Source: the human T2T-CHM13v2.0 reference genome, Homo sapiens
Strand: one strand, 5' to 3'
Assembly: GCF_009914755.1 (NCBI RefSeq)
Contig: NC_060943.1
DNA: 64,000 bases
Position 1 is the stretch's first letter, and each line of letters opens with the position of its first letter. Position numbers and translations under genes: made by a program. The notes under the pieces are model-generated. The model was not told where the DNA came from. It saw only the letters and a program-made list of their open reading frames with translations, and made no database searches. Positions 41,951 through 63,907 of this stretch are shown here, piece by piece.

Positions 41951-43012
41951 ACTCATCATATCCATTGTCCTTTGTTCAACGTTAACTGGTTTAACCCTTC
42001 CACACCTTCATTTGTTGATGTCTTGTGGGTGGGCCCAGCAGTTCAACGTACCACATTCATAATTCTTCATCTTTCACAAGATTTCCAATTTCACTTTCCA
42101 GTTGAATGAGAAACCATTGGACATTGATGTGGGAGTGAGAGATGGACCCTCTTACACCAGTGCTGTCCAATATGGCAGCCACTGGCCACTATGTGGTCTG
42201 TCCAAACCAAGATGTGCTGTAATACATAAAACACACTGGGCTTCAAAAGCACAGCACCAAAAAAAAAAAAAAAAAAAAAAAATAGAATATACAATATCTC
42301 ATCAGTATTTTAAAATTTTGATTACATGTTGAGATGATATTTTGGAATACCGGGTTACGTAAAATATTTATTATTAAAAGTAATTTTACCAGTTTTAAAT
42401 TTTTATTTACTTTTTAGAGACAGGGTCTTGCTCTGTTGCTCAGGCTAGAGTGCAGTGGTGCATTCATACCTAATGTTTTAAATGTTTTTGTAGAGATGAG
42501 GTATTTCTATGTTGCCCAGGTTGGTCTCAAACTCCTGGCCTCAAGCGATCCTCCTGCTTCAGCTTCACAAAGTGCTGTGATTACAAGTGTGAGCCACTGT
42601 GCCTGGCCAAGTTCCTTTTTTAAAAATGTAGCTGCTATACATTGTTAAATTGCATAGGTGGCTCCAGTAATGTTTCTTGTGGATAGTGCCACTCTAAAGT
42701 TCATTGTGGGGAGATTTTGGGTGACAGCCAATTTATAAATGGATCGATTCACTCGGGAATATTTTCATCATATGGTGACTGTGGGATCTTGGAGACTGAA
42801 TGCACATATTACGAGAATCCCCATGTGATAACTTGTGTTTCTCCTCTTTGCAGCCTTCAGCAGGAAGACCTCATTGCAATAAGTGAAATGCTGCTCTAGG
42901 TAGAAGCTCTCCCTGCTGTTTTTAAGAAGCCACATTCCTCATTGGTCAGTTTCTTGATTGTTCGTCTGTTGGAGAGGTGCTCCCTAGAAGAACCTGCCAT
43001 ACGTTTCAAAGC

Positions 43013-43018
43013 AATAAA
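43013..43018 (+). terminator. Proximal poly(A) signal AATAAA (ACSBG2)
   Basis: AATAAA in the terminal exon. Confidence 0.55.
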
Positions 43019-43258
43019 ATCACTGTATATCTTTCTAAGGACCTTCAAGTCATGACTCCAGGGAAGCCTATTGGGAAGTCTACTAAAAACTGCCTGATTT
43101 ACAAGAAAGACCTGAACTTGTGGGCTCCCATTTGATTTTTTTCTCCTCAGGGGACTCAGACATTAGAAAGAAAAAGCCTCACAGATTTGAAGAACTGGAC
43201 CCCCAAATCAACTCACCTGCCTGGAAGCAACTGGGAAACCCTTCCAATAAGTCCTGAT

Positions 43259-43264
43259 AATAAA
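43259..43264 (+). terminator. Distal poly(A) signal AATAAA (ACSBG2)
   Basis: AATAAA followed ~20 nt later by GU/U-rich tgtcttgattttt. Confidence 0.7.
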
Positions 43265-43947
43265 GCACTTCAGGGTCCCATGTCTTGATTTTTGGCTTGA
43301 TAGAAATACTTTGTCCTTTATTTAGTGTGATGGGGAGGGCTTGGACTCTGAAATCAGTTCTGGGTTCAAATTGTGACCAGCTGTGATTTCAACTGTCTGA
43401 GGCTCGGAGATTTTAAACCTGGAAAGTAGATCCCCATCTCGGAGGGTGGCCATGGAAGTTCATGGAGATGATGTACAGGGAATGCAGTATCTAACTCCAG
43501 AAAGTCCTCGGTTTGAGTTAATGGTTATCATCAACACAGTCACTCTTGGTTAACTCAAGAGTCAAGGTATGACTCTTGACTAATTCCGTCATTAGGGAGG
43601 AGTTTTCTGTTGTAGTAAGTTAAGTAAACTTAAAGAAGATAGTTTATTCCTCTCCCATCCAACAGTCATATTATAAGCAGACCAGAGCTGATAAAGCATA
43701 TTCATAGTGTGTCTCCGAAATATTAGTAGGGAGAGTGGGAGAGGGAACATCTCCCAGCCTGGACAGAAACAGCATATCAGGAGCAACAAAACTCCCAGTG
43801 TCTCTTAAGCTTCTAGATACTCAGAGGCAGGCCAGAGACCCTTTTGAGTTCCATTTTTTAAATACACCAGAAATTTAAAATGACATTCTCCTTGCAAAAA
43901 AAAAAAATTAATGCAATGCCGATAAGGCTAATGTCATATTTGATTGC

Positions 43948-44353
43948 TGTACTAGGCCATTATTGCACTGTTATAAAGAAATACCTGAGATGGGGTCATT
44001 TATAAAGAAAAGAGGTTTAATTAATTAGCTCATGGTTCTACAGGCTTTATAGAAAGTATGGTGCTGGTGCCTGTTCAGCTTCTGGTGAAGCCTCAGGGAG
44101 CTCACAATCATAGCGGAGGGCAAAAGGGGAGCAGGCATGTCGCATGGCGAAAGCAGTTGCAAGCCAGAGGGAGTGCCACACATTTTTAAATGACCAGATC
44201 TTTTGAGAACACACTATCGTGAAGACAGCCCCAAGCCATGAGGGATCCGCCCCCCTGCCATGACCCAAACACCTCCACCAGGCCCCACCTCCAGCACAGG
44301 GGATTACAGTGCAACATGAGATTTGGGCAGGGACAAATATCCAAACCACATCA
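43948..44353. mobile_element. MST-type MaLR LTR
   Basis: ataaagaaatacctgaga...aagaggtttaatt...ggacaaatatccaaaccacatca. Confidence 0.8.
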
Positions 44354-45728
44354 ATGGCCCTCCTCAACTATTTGGCGGGCTTTTACTTTTTAATGAGTTA
44401 GTACAGTTGGTCCTCACTATCTGCCAATTCCATATTTGCAAATTTGCCTCATCGCTAGAATTTGCTTGTAAACCCCAAATCAATAGTTATGGCACTTTAG
44501 AGGTCATTCCAGGACATACACAGGAGTGAAAAATTTGAGTGGCCAACTGTACATTCCCAGCTGAGGTTGAACAAGGCAACACTCTGGCTTCCTGTTTCAG
44601 CTCTCACACTGTAAACAGTGCCCTTTCTGAGGTATATCTCATGCCACATTTTCTGCATTTTCATGTTTCTGTTAGTAAACCTTTTTGAGTTTTTTAAAAA
44701 TAGAGACAGGGCCTCACTCTGTCACCCAGGCTGGAGTGCACTGGTGTGATCTCAGCTCACTGTAACTTCAAATTCCTGGGCTCAAGGGATCCTCTCCTGT
44801 CTTGGCCTCCCAAAGCACTGGGGTTACAGGTATGAGCCACTGAACTCAGCCAAACCCTTCTAATTTTATCCATGACTACACTGTACAATTTTTGGTCAAT
44901 ATAATTCTATTTTATAGTTTTTGTTTCTACTGTCCATGTGATCTCCCCACTTGTAGGTTTTCTAGGTAGTTAATGTTGGTATATGGAAGTGCTGTTGATT
45001 TTTGTATGTTAATATTATATCTAGACACCTCACTGCTAACCTATTTCTCAAAATGTGTAAGCTTTTTACAGAGATGTGCATATCTTTTGCAAATATTTTT
45101 TTACTTCCTTTTCAATATTGATTCCTCATCAAGGAAATACAAATGGTTGATCATGTCAAGTGAGGGAAGCTCGAATACAGGAGAGGAATGTATGTATTTT
45201 CTATAATGATTCTCACCCTGGTCTCACTGTTCTCTTAATGTTCTCTCAATGTTTTTTGAGAAACGACAAGAATCTACTAATGTCAGGAAGGCTTTTAAAA
45301 TTTAACTGTGGTAAAATATATGTAACATAAAATGTGTCATTTTAACCCTTTTTTAGTACACAGTTCGGTGGCATTAAGCACATTCACATTGTTGTACAAC
45401 CATCAACACGACGCATTTCTAGAAGTTTCATCTCTTCAAACTGAAACTTTATATCCATCAAACAATTCCCCATTTCCCCTTCCCCTGAAAGCTATCATTC
45501 TATTTTCTGTCTCTTGAATTTTACTACTTTAAGCACCTTAAAAGTGAAATTGTCGGCCGGGCATGGTGGCTCATGCCTGTAATCCCAGCACTCTGAGAAG
45601 CCGAGGCGGGTGGATCATGAGGTCAGGAGTTCGAGACCAGCCCAGCCAATACGGCGAAACCCCGTCTCTACAAAAAATACAAAAATTAGCTGGGCGTGGT
45701 GGTGCATGCCTGTAGTCCCAGCTGCTCA

Positions 45729-45893
<165 letters not shown>

Positions 45894-45933
45894 TTAACTG
45901 AGGATAATGTCTTCAAGGGTCATCCTTTTTTAA

Positions 45934-46245
<312 letters not shown>

Positions 46246-46875
46246 TGAATCATGCTTCTATGTATATGGGTCCATGGCATGGTTCAGGGTCCATGGCAAA
46301 AACGCACTCAACGCCCAGAAAAGAAACCATGGGTGTATAAATATCTCTTCACGCCCCTGCTTTCAATTATGCTTGGTGGGCAAATGAATTCATAAACCCC
46401 CAGGCACAGTGACTCAAAGTCCTTCTCTAACTCAACCTTCTGGGAGCCCAGGGCTCTGCTTCCTTGACCTCGATGATGCCCACACCTTATTTACCTCCTC
46501 CATCTCACCACTCTTCTTCCAGCTCCCTTGGGAACTCTCTCACTCAACCTCAACAATGTAGAACAGTGACTCTGGAATCCCTCCTGCTGCCAGACTTGCC
46601 CCTGGCTCCTCCCTGGGGACTGTCACCTTGCAGACCACTGGCTTGTCAGGGCAGTGAAGGGCCTTCTTGGGTAGACCCTCCCTGCCCGCTAAAACTGGCC
46701 TCTACAAAGAGGCAATGGGCCATGTCCCCATCATGGCTCTGGGCCACGGGATACACAGTGATGGCACCAGGCTGGCCATGGACAGGAACATTCTGGATGT
46801 CTGGTCTAGGGACCACTGTCCCCCTGTGGCTAGAACGGGGGGAGTGATCAAGCTGATAAAAAGGTAGAGTCCAGA

Positions 46876-47779
<904 letters not shown>

Positions 47780-47959
47780 TCACTGCAACCTCCACCTCCC
47801 AGGCTGAAATGATTCTCCTGCCTCAGCCTCCCGAGTAGCTGGGATTACAGGTGCCCGACACGATGCCTGGCTAATTTTTGTATTTTTAGTAGAGATGGGG
47901 TTTCACCACGTTGGCCAGGCCTCAAGTGATCCGCCCACCTTGGCCTCCCAAAGTGCTGA

Positions 47960-48181
<222 letters not shown>

Positions 48182-48489
48182 TAGTAGAGACGGTTTCACC
48201 ATATTGGACAAGCTGGTCTCAAACTCCTGACCTCGTGATCCGCCCACCTCGGCCTCCCAAAGTGCTGGGATTACAGGCATGACCCCACGTCTGGCTGCCT
48301 GTTACCTCTTTTAAGATGCTTCTCCCTCCCTCCTTTGCCTGGTCAGTGTCTACCCATTGTTCAGAGAAGCCTTCCCTGGCCACCCCCATAACTCGGTGGG
48401 AATCCTGTGCCTCCCTGCTGGACCCTCCCACCCCTGCTGCCCACTGTAATTTCGTTTGAAGATCTGTCTGCCCAAGCCCAGCAAACTAG

Positions 48490-48622
48490 ATGCCCCCAGA
48501 CAGTGACAAGGAAAACAAAGATACTTTGAAGACCATGTCCTCGGACAGATTCAGAGTCCACGACAGAAAGGCACTCAACACCCAGGAAAGAAAAACAGAG
48601 TTTGGGGCTCCTTGGCTCCTGG
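48490..48622 (+). pseudogene. Candidate first coding exon of the ACSBG-paralog (Acsbg3-like) pseudogene
   Basis: ATG-initiated frame MPPDSDKENKDTLKTMSSDRFRVHDRKALN... ending at a G|gtgagg donor upstream of the relic exon at 49450; homology not verified. Confidence 0.35.
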
Positions 48623-48726
48623 GTGAGGGTAGTGGTGTTCCCAGAGAAGCCAGTTTGAGAGTGGGGATCTAGCGCTTCAGGGCTGGCCAAGGCCGTTCAG
48701 CCAGTGTTGGGATCCTTTAGGGTTCA

Positions 48727-49206
<480 letters not shown>

Positions 49207-49449
49207 CTACAGCTGACCTGTCTGCTTGCTGGTGGGTTTCCTGCTGAACTCCTCTCTGGGTCAGTGCGTCTCACTGTCCACCTGTCCCTGCATCCCCTTC
49301 TGTGCCTCGCTGGTCATCTTTCTCCCTTGGCAATCCACTTCATACACCACGCCTCCTCCGTCTGCCATCTCTCAGTGCCACGCTCCTGCCTGTGCTCCCA
49401 TCTCTCCCTGGTTTTGCCCCTGACACGCCACCTGCTCGCCTCTCTCTAG

Positions 49450-49712
49450 GTCCATCTGGGGGTCTCCGGCCGCCGCTGACCCGCCTGTCCGCAGGCTGAG
49501 CTACTCGGACCACGGAGCGCGACGGGGAGGCGCGACTGCGGCTCAGCAAGGACTAAGTTAGCAACAAGACACTCCTCACTGTGCACGACATGGTCGCGAG
49601 CACGGCCATCAAGTACGCCAACAACATCGCGCCCGGCTCCAACAGCTGCCACCTGCTCACCTACATCGAGTACCACCAGCAGTGTCTCGGCGTCGAGAAG
49701 TCTTTCTTCAAA
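49450..49712 (+). pseudogene. Disabled ACSBG-family exon (Acsbg3-like pseudogene)
   Basis: Reads LSY[fs]TTERDGEARLRLSKD*...TVHDMV...HLLTYIEYHQQCLGVEKSFFK|gt. This resembles the ACSBG N-terminal exon (WTT.RDGEV.LRL ... YYE.CR.AAKS.IK) that precedes LGLERFH. It has a 1-nt frameshift near 49506, TAA at 49554-49556 and a phase-0 donor at 49713. The acceptor could be 49449 or 49494. Confidence 0.8.
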
Positions 49713-50050
49713 GTACCGCCAGGCGGTCCGCGCCTGCGCGCCCCTCCCGCCCCTCCTGCGCCTGCGCGCCTCTTCTGCACCCACCCTCTTGCGCCTGCGC
49801 GCCACTTATTTCACCTCCTGCGCCAGCGCAGCGCTCCAGGGCCTTTCTTCCCCCGCCCCTCCCCGCGTCCTGCGCCTGCGCGCCTTTCTTCCCCCGGTAA
49901 GCCTGCGCGCCGCTCCGGCCCACTTGCTTCTGCGCCTGCGCGCCGCTGCAGGGCCTTCCTCCCCCATCTCCCCCCGCCTCCTACGCCTGCGCGCCACTAC
50001 ATCCCTTCTGCGCCTGCGCAGTGTTACTCTCCTGTGACTGCCACTTGTCT
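49450..50050. promoter_or_regulatory. CpG island with a homotypic NRF1-type motif array
   Basis: Very CpG-dense; six exact GCGCCTGCGC at 49730, 49758, 49791, 49872, 49932 and 50010, plus 3 variants; GC boxes. Confidence 0.75.
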
Positions 50051-50241
50051 GACTCGCATGTTTGTTTTAACGGATTCCCTGAGGCTGCCTGAGAGCCAGA
50101 AATGAAAAGCTGCAGACTTAGGGGCCCTGGTTCAGATCCCAGAGCAGCCATTAGCTACGTTTTCTTGCACGAAAACTTTGTGCCTTTGTGCCTCTGTTTC
50201 CCTATATGAAAACTTTACATATAAATATATATATATATAAA

Positions 50242-54200
<3,959 letters not shown>

Positions 54201-55210
54201 TCTCATTAAAAAAAAAAAAAAAAAGTGAAAACAACAACAAAAAAACCCAGCAGCCAGAGCCTACATAAGTATCAGCCAATACGGGGGATGATTAAATCAT
54301 GCCATCTCTATACTAGATGATATTATGTTAGATTTGATATTGCAGAGAAATATTTAAAGACTGGGGAAAACAGTCAAGATGAATGGTTTTGTGAACAAAG
54401 GCAGGTCTTGATAACGTACATGTAGTATTGCCCTGGCTCTGTAAAGTATGCATGCTTAAAAATGTCAGGAAGGTATTTTGTTTGTATTTTTTTTTTTTTT
54501 CCGGGATTTCTCAATCTCAGGGCCGTTGTCCTTAGGGGCCGAATCATTCTTTGTGGTGGAGAATGTCCTGTGAGTATCTAGTTTCCATCAATGCCAGTGG
54601 CGTTTCATTCCCCGAGCTATGACAACCCCAAATGTCTCCAAGTATTTCCAAATGTCCCCTGAGGAACAGAGTCACCCCCTGGCTGAGAGCCCCAGTTCTA
54701 GATGAAAGTGTGGTTGCTTGTCATGAGGGGGATGGGTTATTTTATCAGAGAAAACAACAGAAGAAACAGGACAAGAGAGGTGTCTGTAATCCCAGTGCTT
54801 TGGGAGGCCAAGGCGAGTGGATCGCTTGAACCCAGGAGTACAAGACCAGCCTGGGTGACATAGTGAGATCCCATCTCTACAAAAAAATTAAAAATTAAAA
54901 AATTAGCCAGGGGTGGTGGTGTACACCTGTAGTCCCAGCTACTTGGGGGACTGAGGCGGGAGGATTGCTGGGGCTGGGGGAGGTTGAGACTGCAGTGAGC
55001 CATGATTGCGCTATTGCATTCCAGCCTGGGCAACAGAGCAAGACCTTGTTTCAGAAAAAAAAAAAAAAAAAAAGAAGAAGAAGAAGAAAGAAAAAGAAGA
55101 AACAGGCGACAGAGAAAAGGGAGCCAAAGGTTCTCAGCCTGAGGCTCCCGGGCAGGTGGGGCGGGGATGGCTGAGCCTCCTAGTGCCTCACGAGGACCTC
55201 CCTCCCCTAG

Positions 55211-55299
55211 CTGGGCCTGGAGCGCTTCCACAGCGTGGGAATCATGGGTCTCAACTCAGAAGAGTGGGTCATCGCCAGCATTGGTGCCATCATGGCAGG
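55211..55299 (+). pseudogene. ACSBG-paralog exon (LGLERFHSVGIMGLNSEEWVIASIGAIMAG)
   Basis: Same 89-nt length and phases as the ACSBG2 exon 2430-2518; 21/30 aa identical; cccctag acceptor and GG|gtaaag donor are intact. Confidence 0.93.
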
Positions 55300-55729
55300 G
55301 TAAAGGGCACGCGGCCTCTCCCCGGAGTGTTTTGCGGGCAGGAAGCCACCAGCCCACCTTCTATGGGATCCCAAGGAAGAGTCCTCAGGACAGGGAGCTG
55401 ACAAGAGCTCCCACTTAAGTCTACGCTTAGTGGGATTTTTCAATGGCCCAGTCCTGAGCATGCTCAGCTCACCTTTCCAGACAGTCTCTATCTAGTGAAC
55501 TCATATACATCCTGTGAATCCCCGCATTCATGTCCCCTCTTCCAGAAAGCCCTCCCCACTTCTTGAGGCTCTCCAGCACTGAGCCCTCTCTCCACCCATC
55601 CAGAACATTGGGGAACCCCTTGAGAGCAAGATCCAAGCCTGAACTGTCCCTGAATTCCACCTCCCAACAGGGTATGTTGTGAGTGTCAGGTACTGGGGAT
55701 TCCCAGGAACCTTGCACTCACCCAGCAGG

Positions 55730-59305
<3,576 letters not shown>

Positions 59306-59865
59306 AAAGCCCTACCACGTTTTTACACATCCATAGTCCTTCCACTGCACCTTGGAGGGTCTGGGAACCCTGAAGGAACCACTGTAGACCTTCTTTCACT
59401 CCATATTCTTACTTTAGGAGCTCAGACCCAAAACCATACCCCGAAGGCCTAAAAGAACCTTTCTCTGGTAAGGCACGGGGCAGGGAAAGCCACACTCTGA
59501 TGCTGGGAATGGATTTTTTGGTTCCAGAGTAGAAGGGAGAAGACATGCTCCAGAGTCCCCAGCGCTAAGCTGAGCCCAGCTGAGTCCCCAGCTGCTGCCT
59601 GCTGACAAAAGTGATCTCAATCAGTGGCTGCCACGGTGATCCTGTAATGTGGGCTGCTCAGGAATGGAACTCCTGCTCCTCTGGGTGGAGCTGGAGCTGG
59701 AGCACAGAGGGGACAGATCTGCTCAAATGGGGCCAGTGACAGCTTTGTCTCCTGGAGGTTCACTGAGCTCTGCCACACTGAGGCCAGAGAAAAACCCACC
59801 AGAGGGAAACTGGGAGATGGCACGCTGGCTCCTGGGAAAAAATGTCTTTGCCTACATTTTTATTT

Positions 59866-60265
59866 CCATCCATCCAACCATCCATCCATCCATCCATCCA
59901 TCCATCCATCCATCCATCCACGCATCCATCCTTCCTTCCTTCCATCCACCCATTAACCCATCCATTGATCCACCCATCCATTCATTCTTCCATCCACTCA
60001 CCCATCTATCCATCCTTCCTACCATCCATCCTTTCCATCCATCCACCCATCTGCCCTTCCTTCCCTCCTTCCGTCCTTCCCTCCCTCCTTTCCTCCTTTC
60101 CTTCCTTCCTTCCATCCACCCATCGATCCATCCATCCTTCCATCCTTTCTTCCACCCACCCACCCATCTATTCATCCATGGTCCACCCAACCAATCATCC
60201 ACTCATCCATCAAACCACCCATCCACTCACCCACCCATCTGTTCATCCATCATCCATGCATCCAC
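59866..60265. repeat. (CCAT)n/(CCTT)n compound simple repeat
   Basis: Direct reading. Confidence 0.93.
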
Positions 60266-60559
60266 CTTATGAAACCAAGTTTTCTTCTCAACCCAAACCT
60301 TGCTGTCTGCTTCCAAGTAGAGAGCACAGCATCAGAAGCAGGATGTGAGCCGAATTCTCTGCCCTCTTGAATTGCTGGTAGCATCGTCTCCAGCCTTGCT
60401 CACACTCCCCACCCCCACCAGGCTTGGTCCCAACCCTCCTTCTCTGTTTTGGTCACTGATCTGGGGGCACTGGGACACGTAGTCGGGGCAGGGGGCCCCA
60501 GGCTACCTCGCAAGCCTGCCCACTGACTGGACAGGAGGAACCAGGCAGATGCATGCGTC

Positions 60560-63223
60560 TGCTTTCCCATCTGACTTTATTTCACTTTTTTTTTCTATAA
60601 AACTCCTCCATAATTTCACAATTTAACAAAAGTTTAAAATCCAGGAAAGAAACAATCCTGTAACTCGTTACAAACACGATTCTCCTTATTCCTTTTATCC
60701 AGGAGTTGGTCTCGGGCCGATGAGTGTCCTAGTTCCTAGTGAGACACGTTCTTTGTAAAAACCCTTATGGGCAAGAAAGGTATTCGATACCATTTGCTTT
60801 CCGGCGTCGGTTTACATTTTTGTTCAGGAGAGAGCAAAACACAGAGATTTGCACTGGGGGCAGGCGGCTTAACAGGAAACACGTGGCAATCACAAAGTGC
60901 CAGGCCCCTTTCCTATGGAAGTGTCCCCAGAGCCCTCGTGGGCCCAGCCGCCGGGCAGCTGGGGTGGGGTGGGAGAGCAGCTGGGGATGCTGCCTTGGGA
61001 GCCCATGCTGCCCAGCACGTCCATCAGGTGGTCACGGAGCCAGCCCTGGGCCCAGAGCAGCTCTGGAGGACAACGTGAGGCCTTCCGGCCAGAGGAGGTA
61101 ACTGAGAACTGGGTTGGTGCTTCCGGAGGCCTTGGAAACGGCAGGAAGGGCCAGACGCCACCACCGAGAGCAGGCGGGGGAGCCCGACCCTCCTCTGGCT
61201 GAGTGGAAGGCTGCTCGAGTCGCTGTGTGGATTTTGGGGGACTCCTGCGAAGGAGAAAGGCCAGCACCCTGGGCTGAGGTTCCTGTCCGTGACCCCGGCG
61301 GCCTCTTGTGCGTAGAGCTCCCAGCAGCACGGGCCCCCGGTCAGCCCCCCTCAGGCCAGTTCCTTCAGTCCAATGTCTTAGTTTCCAGAGAAGAAAGGAA
61401 GCGCCCCATGGTGGAGTATTGTTGGCCGCCCTGGGAAGGGGAGAGGGGGCACAGGGGCCTGCCCTCTTCCTGATACCTGAAGGCAGTGGGGCCGGGAGAG
61501 AAACAGAGCAGGTGGCGAGGAGTCCCGGAGGCTTCCTCCGAAGGTTCTCGGGCCTTTCCCCGAGAGTTCTGGGGAGTTTCCCCAGGACAGCTGGCATTGG
61601 GGGCAGCCTTGGAGGCATGGGTCCCCACCAAGGAGTGTTCAGGATCTGCTGACAGAATCAGAGCAGGGACAAGATGAGGGACCTCAGGGAGGGACAGATG
61701 GAGCCCCCCAAGTCTGAACTCATAGGCTGGGGAGGAGGAGACATCTAGGTGGGTTCGAGGGGGTGCGAGCCCACCTCCAGGCCCTCAGCCCTCTTTTCCT
61801 CATAACTTGGTCAGGGCACAAGGACTTGAAAGGACTTGAAAGTCAGGGGGTTGAGAGGACTGGAGGCGCCTCGAGTCAATGTCTGGGAAACAGAGGCTAA
61901 CCAGGCAGGCCTCCAGCCCCTGGGACCCCCAGCCACGATGGGCTGGCTCCGCGGGAGCGTCCTGGCCCTGGAAGAGTGGGCCGGGAAGGAGGACCGGCTT
62001 GGCCCCTGGAGAATCTCAGGCATACCAGGAGTGGGGCTGCGGGTGCGGCACCAGCATGAATTGCGGCGGTGGAGGCCGGGGCGGGCCAGGCCGCGACCAG
62101 AGAGAAAGGCAGCCTGGGAGGGCCAGCCCGGCCAACCCACCGGGCCTGCTGATGGCCGAGCCCACGCTCGAGGGGCTGACCAGAGTTCAATGCGCCTCAG
62201 AAAACTCCATAAACTATCCCGTCTTATTTGGCAAAAGCTCATATTTTTTTCAAAGTTTGAAGACTTGAATGAAAGAGAGGAAGAGGAGCCTATGGGAGGA
62301 GGCCGAGCCCCAGGGCGGCTGATGCGAGTCTGTCCGCGGAGACTGTTGGCGCTAGTCTGAGTAGAGCCCGAGAGCAGACTGGTGGCTCCCGGGCGCCCTG
62401 AGGACTCGCTGCCCTTTGTAGTGTTGGCTGACCCCCCCGGGAGCCCCGGGAGGAGGCGGCGGCATCCTTGGAACGGCAAAGGGAGAATTCCTCCATGCGC
62501 CTGGAGAGGGCCAGCTGCCGTGCCTGGCTCGGCCTCCAGCCCCACAACACCACCGCAGAGACATCTTAACCTACAAGCCCCACCGTACGCACCCCCCACC
62601 CACCCCACGTGCACTGCTGCCACAGAAACGCACATGGACACTGCTCTTGACCAGACAGTGCACACACATATATAATAGAGAGAACTATACAGCACAGACC
62701 CCAGCGCAGCGCGAGCCGGGGAGGAGCCGGCGCTAGGTCTACACGGAGGACGACGCAGACACACAGGCAGGGCCTTCTGAGGTCCAGGGTGGGCGGAGGG
62801 TGTGTTCTGAACCATTCGGGAGGCTGGAGATGCCCCCCAGCCGTCGATCCGCTGCTCAGAAAGGCTGGGGCAGCGACGCCGCACAGCCCGCCGAGCAGTG
62901 GGGGCTGGTCCCAAGGCTGGGCGAGGGGCCCCCGGCCCTGTCTCTGCCCAGAGCTGCCTTCAACACCAGCCGCTCTCTGAGGGGAGCCCAGAGAGCCCGG
63001 GGGGCGGCTCCCGTGTGGCCCAGCCCGGCCCCAGGGCTCCTGGCGATGGAGCGGGGAGAGTGGGCAGGGAGCCGCCGAGGAAAGTGCAGCGGGCTGTGCG
63101 GGCGAGGACAGGGCTGTCGCTAAGGCAGTGCTGCGGGCAGGCGAGACGGGAGAGGAGGGCAGGCGAGGCCTGGCTGCAGCCTCCCAGGACCCCGGCGGTG
63201 GGGGCCCGGCACGCGGCCCAGGG
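60560..63223 (-). other. MLLT1: MLLT1 3'UTR
   Basis: Repeat-free GC-rich sequence between the stop codon and AATAAA; end approximate. Confidence 0.85.
60576..60581 (-). terminator. MLLT1 poly(A) signal AATAAA
   Basis: TTTATT on the + strand at the end of an AU-rich UTR segment. Confidence 0.8.
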
Positions 63224-63352
63224 TCATGTGGCCACGGCCTCCAGGCAGCTCTGCAGTTTGCGCACGGTGGTCTCGTCCAGGGAGAAGAGGTCGAAGTCGA
63301 AGGTGGTGTTGGTGACATTGAAGTGGCCAGTCTCCTCGATCAGATTCACAAT
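63224..63352 (-). CDS. MLLT1: MLLT1 last coding exon ([42 protein letters not shown])
   Basis: cttacag acceptor; ENL C-terminus; TGA at 63226-63224. Confidence 0.97.
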
Positions 63353-63518
63353 CTGTAAGGTGGTGGCAGGTGGCTTCAGGGGCAGGGGGCCAAGGGTGGG
63401 GTTGCCCTGTTCCCTAACAGAGGTAGGGGCTCCTGGGGCAGCACCAGGGGCCCCCGCAGCCCACACTCCTCACAGGCACCCCGACCTCTGCCGGGCAGGA
63501 CCCTCAGGGGGGCGATAC

Positions 63519-63590
63519 CTGCTGCAGCACGTTGCGCTCCCGCAGCGCCATCAGCCTCCGGTGTAGCTCCACCAGCTCATCCGTGTAGGC
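63519..63590 (-). CDS. MLLT1: MLLT1 penultimate coding exon ([24 protein letters not shown]), AHD domain
   Basis: ccccag acceptor; CAG|gtatcg donor; ENL/AF9 ANC1-homology domain sequence. Confidence 0.96.
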
Positions 63591-63907
63591 CTGGGGAGGG
63601 GGGGCAGGTCTCAGCAGCGTGTGGGGGCCCTGGACCCTTCCTGCTCCCATGCCCAGCCCCACCCATGACCCAGTCCATCCCAGCACAGGACAGAGGTAGC
63701 CACATCCAAACCAAGGAAGGCCCAAGGCTGCAGGGGCAGCCCCTCAGCTCCAAGGCCACACCGGGAGGGGAGGAAGGACTGTCCCTGCTCCTGCCCAGGA
63801 AGAGTCCAACTGTGGGGTGTTGGGGGGCTCTGGGGTCCTCCACTGGCTGCAACTCCCACCACCCACCCCTCCGTAGCCTCCCCGCCTTGTCGTAGGTGCC
63901 CCCCCAC

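Larger units (their letters stand above)
42854..43285 (+). other. ACSBG2: ACSBG2 non-coding terminal exon (3'UTR)
   Basis: Strong acceptor tgtttctcctctttgcag at 42853; unique sequence with two AATAAA signals; end approximate. Confidence 0.7.

Noticed and set aside
49581-50105. 174-aa ORF across the CpG island
   Set aside because: It starts at GTG after an in-frame stop. The first 44 codons are pseudo-exon and the rest is read-through of the GCGCCTGCGC repeat.
59649-60348. His/Pro/Ser-rich ORFs
   Set aside because: They are products of the (CCAT)n simple repeat.
60890-63566. Long ORFs (242, 367, 250, 222 aa) in the MLLT1 3'UTR region
   Set aside because: GC-rich sequence with few stops; low-complexity Pro/Gly/Arg translations on both strands; no recognisable domain.
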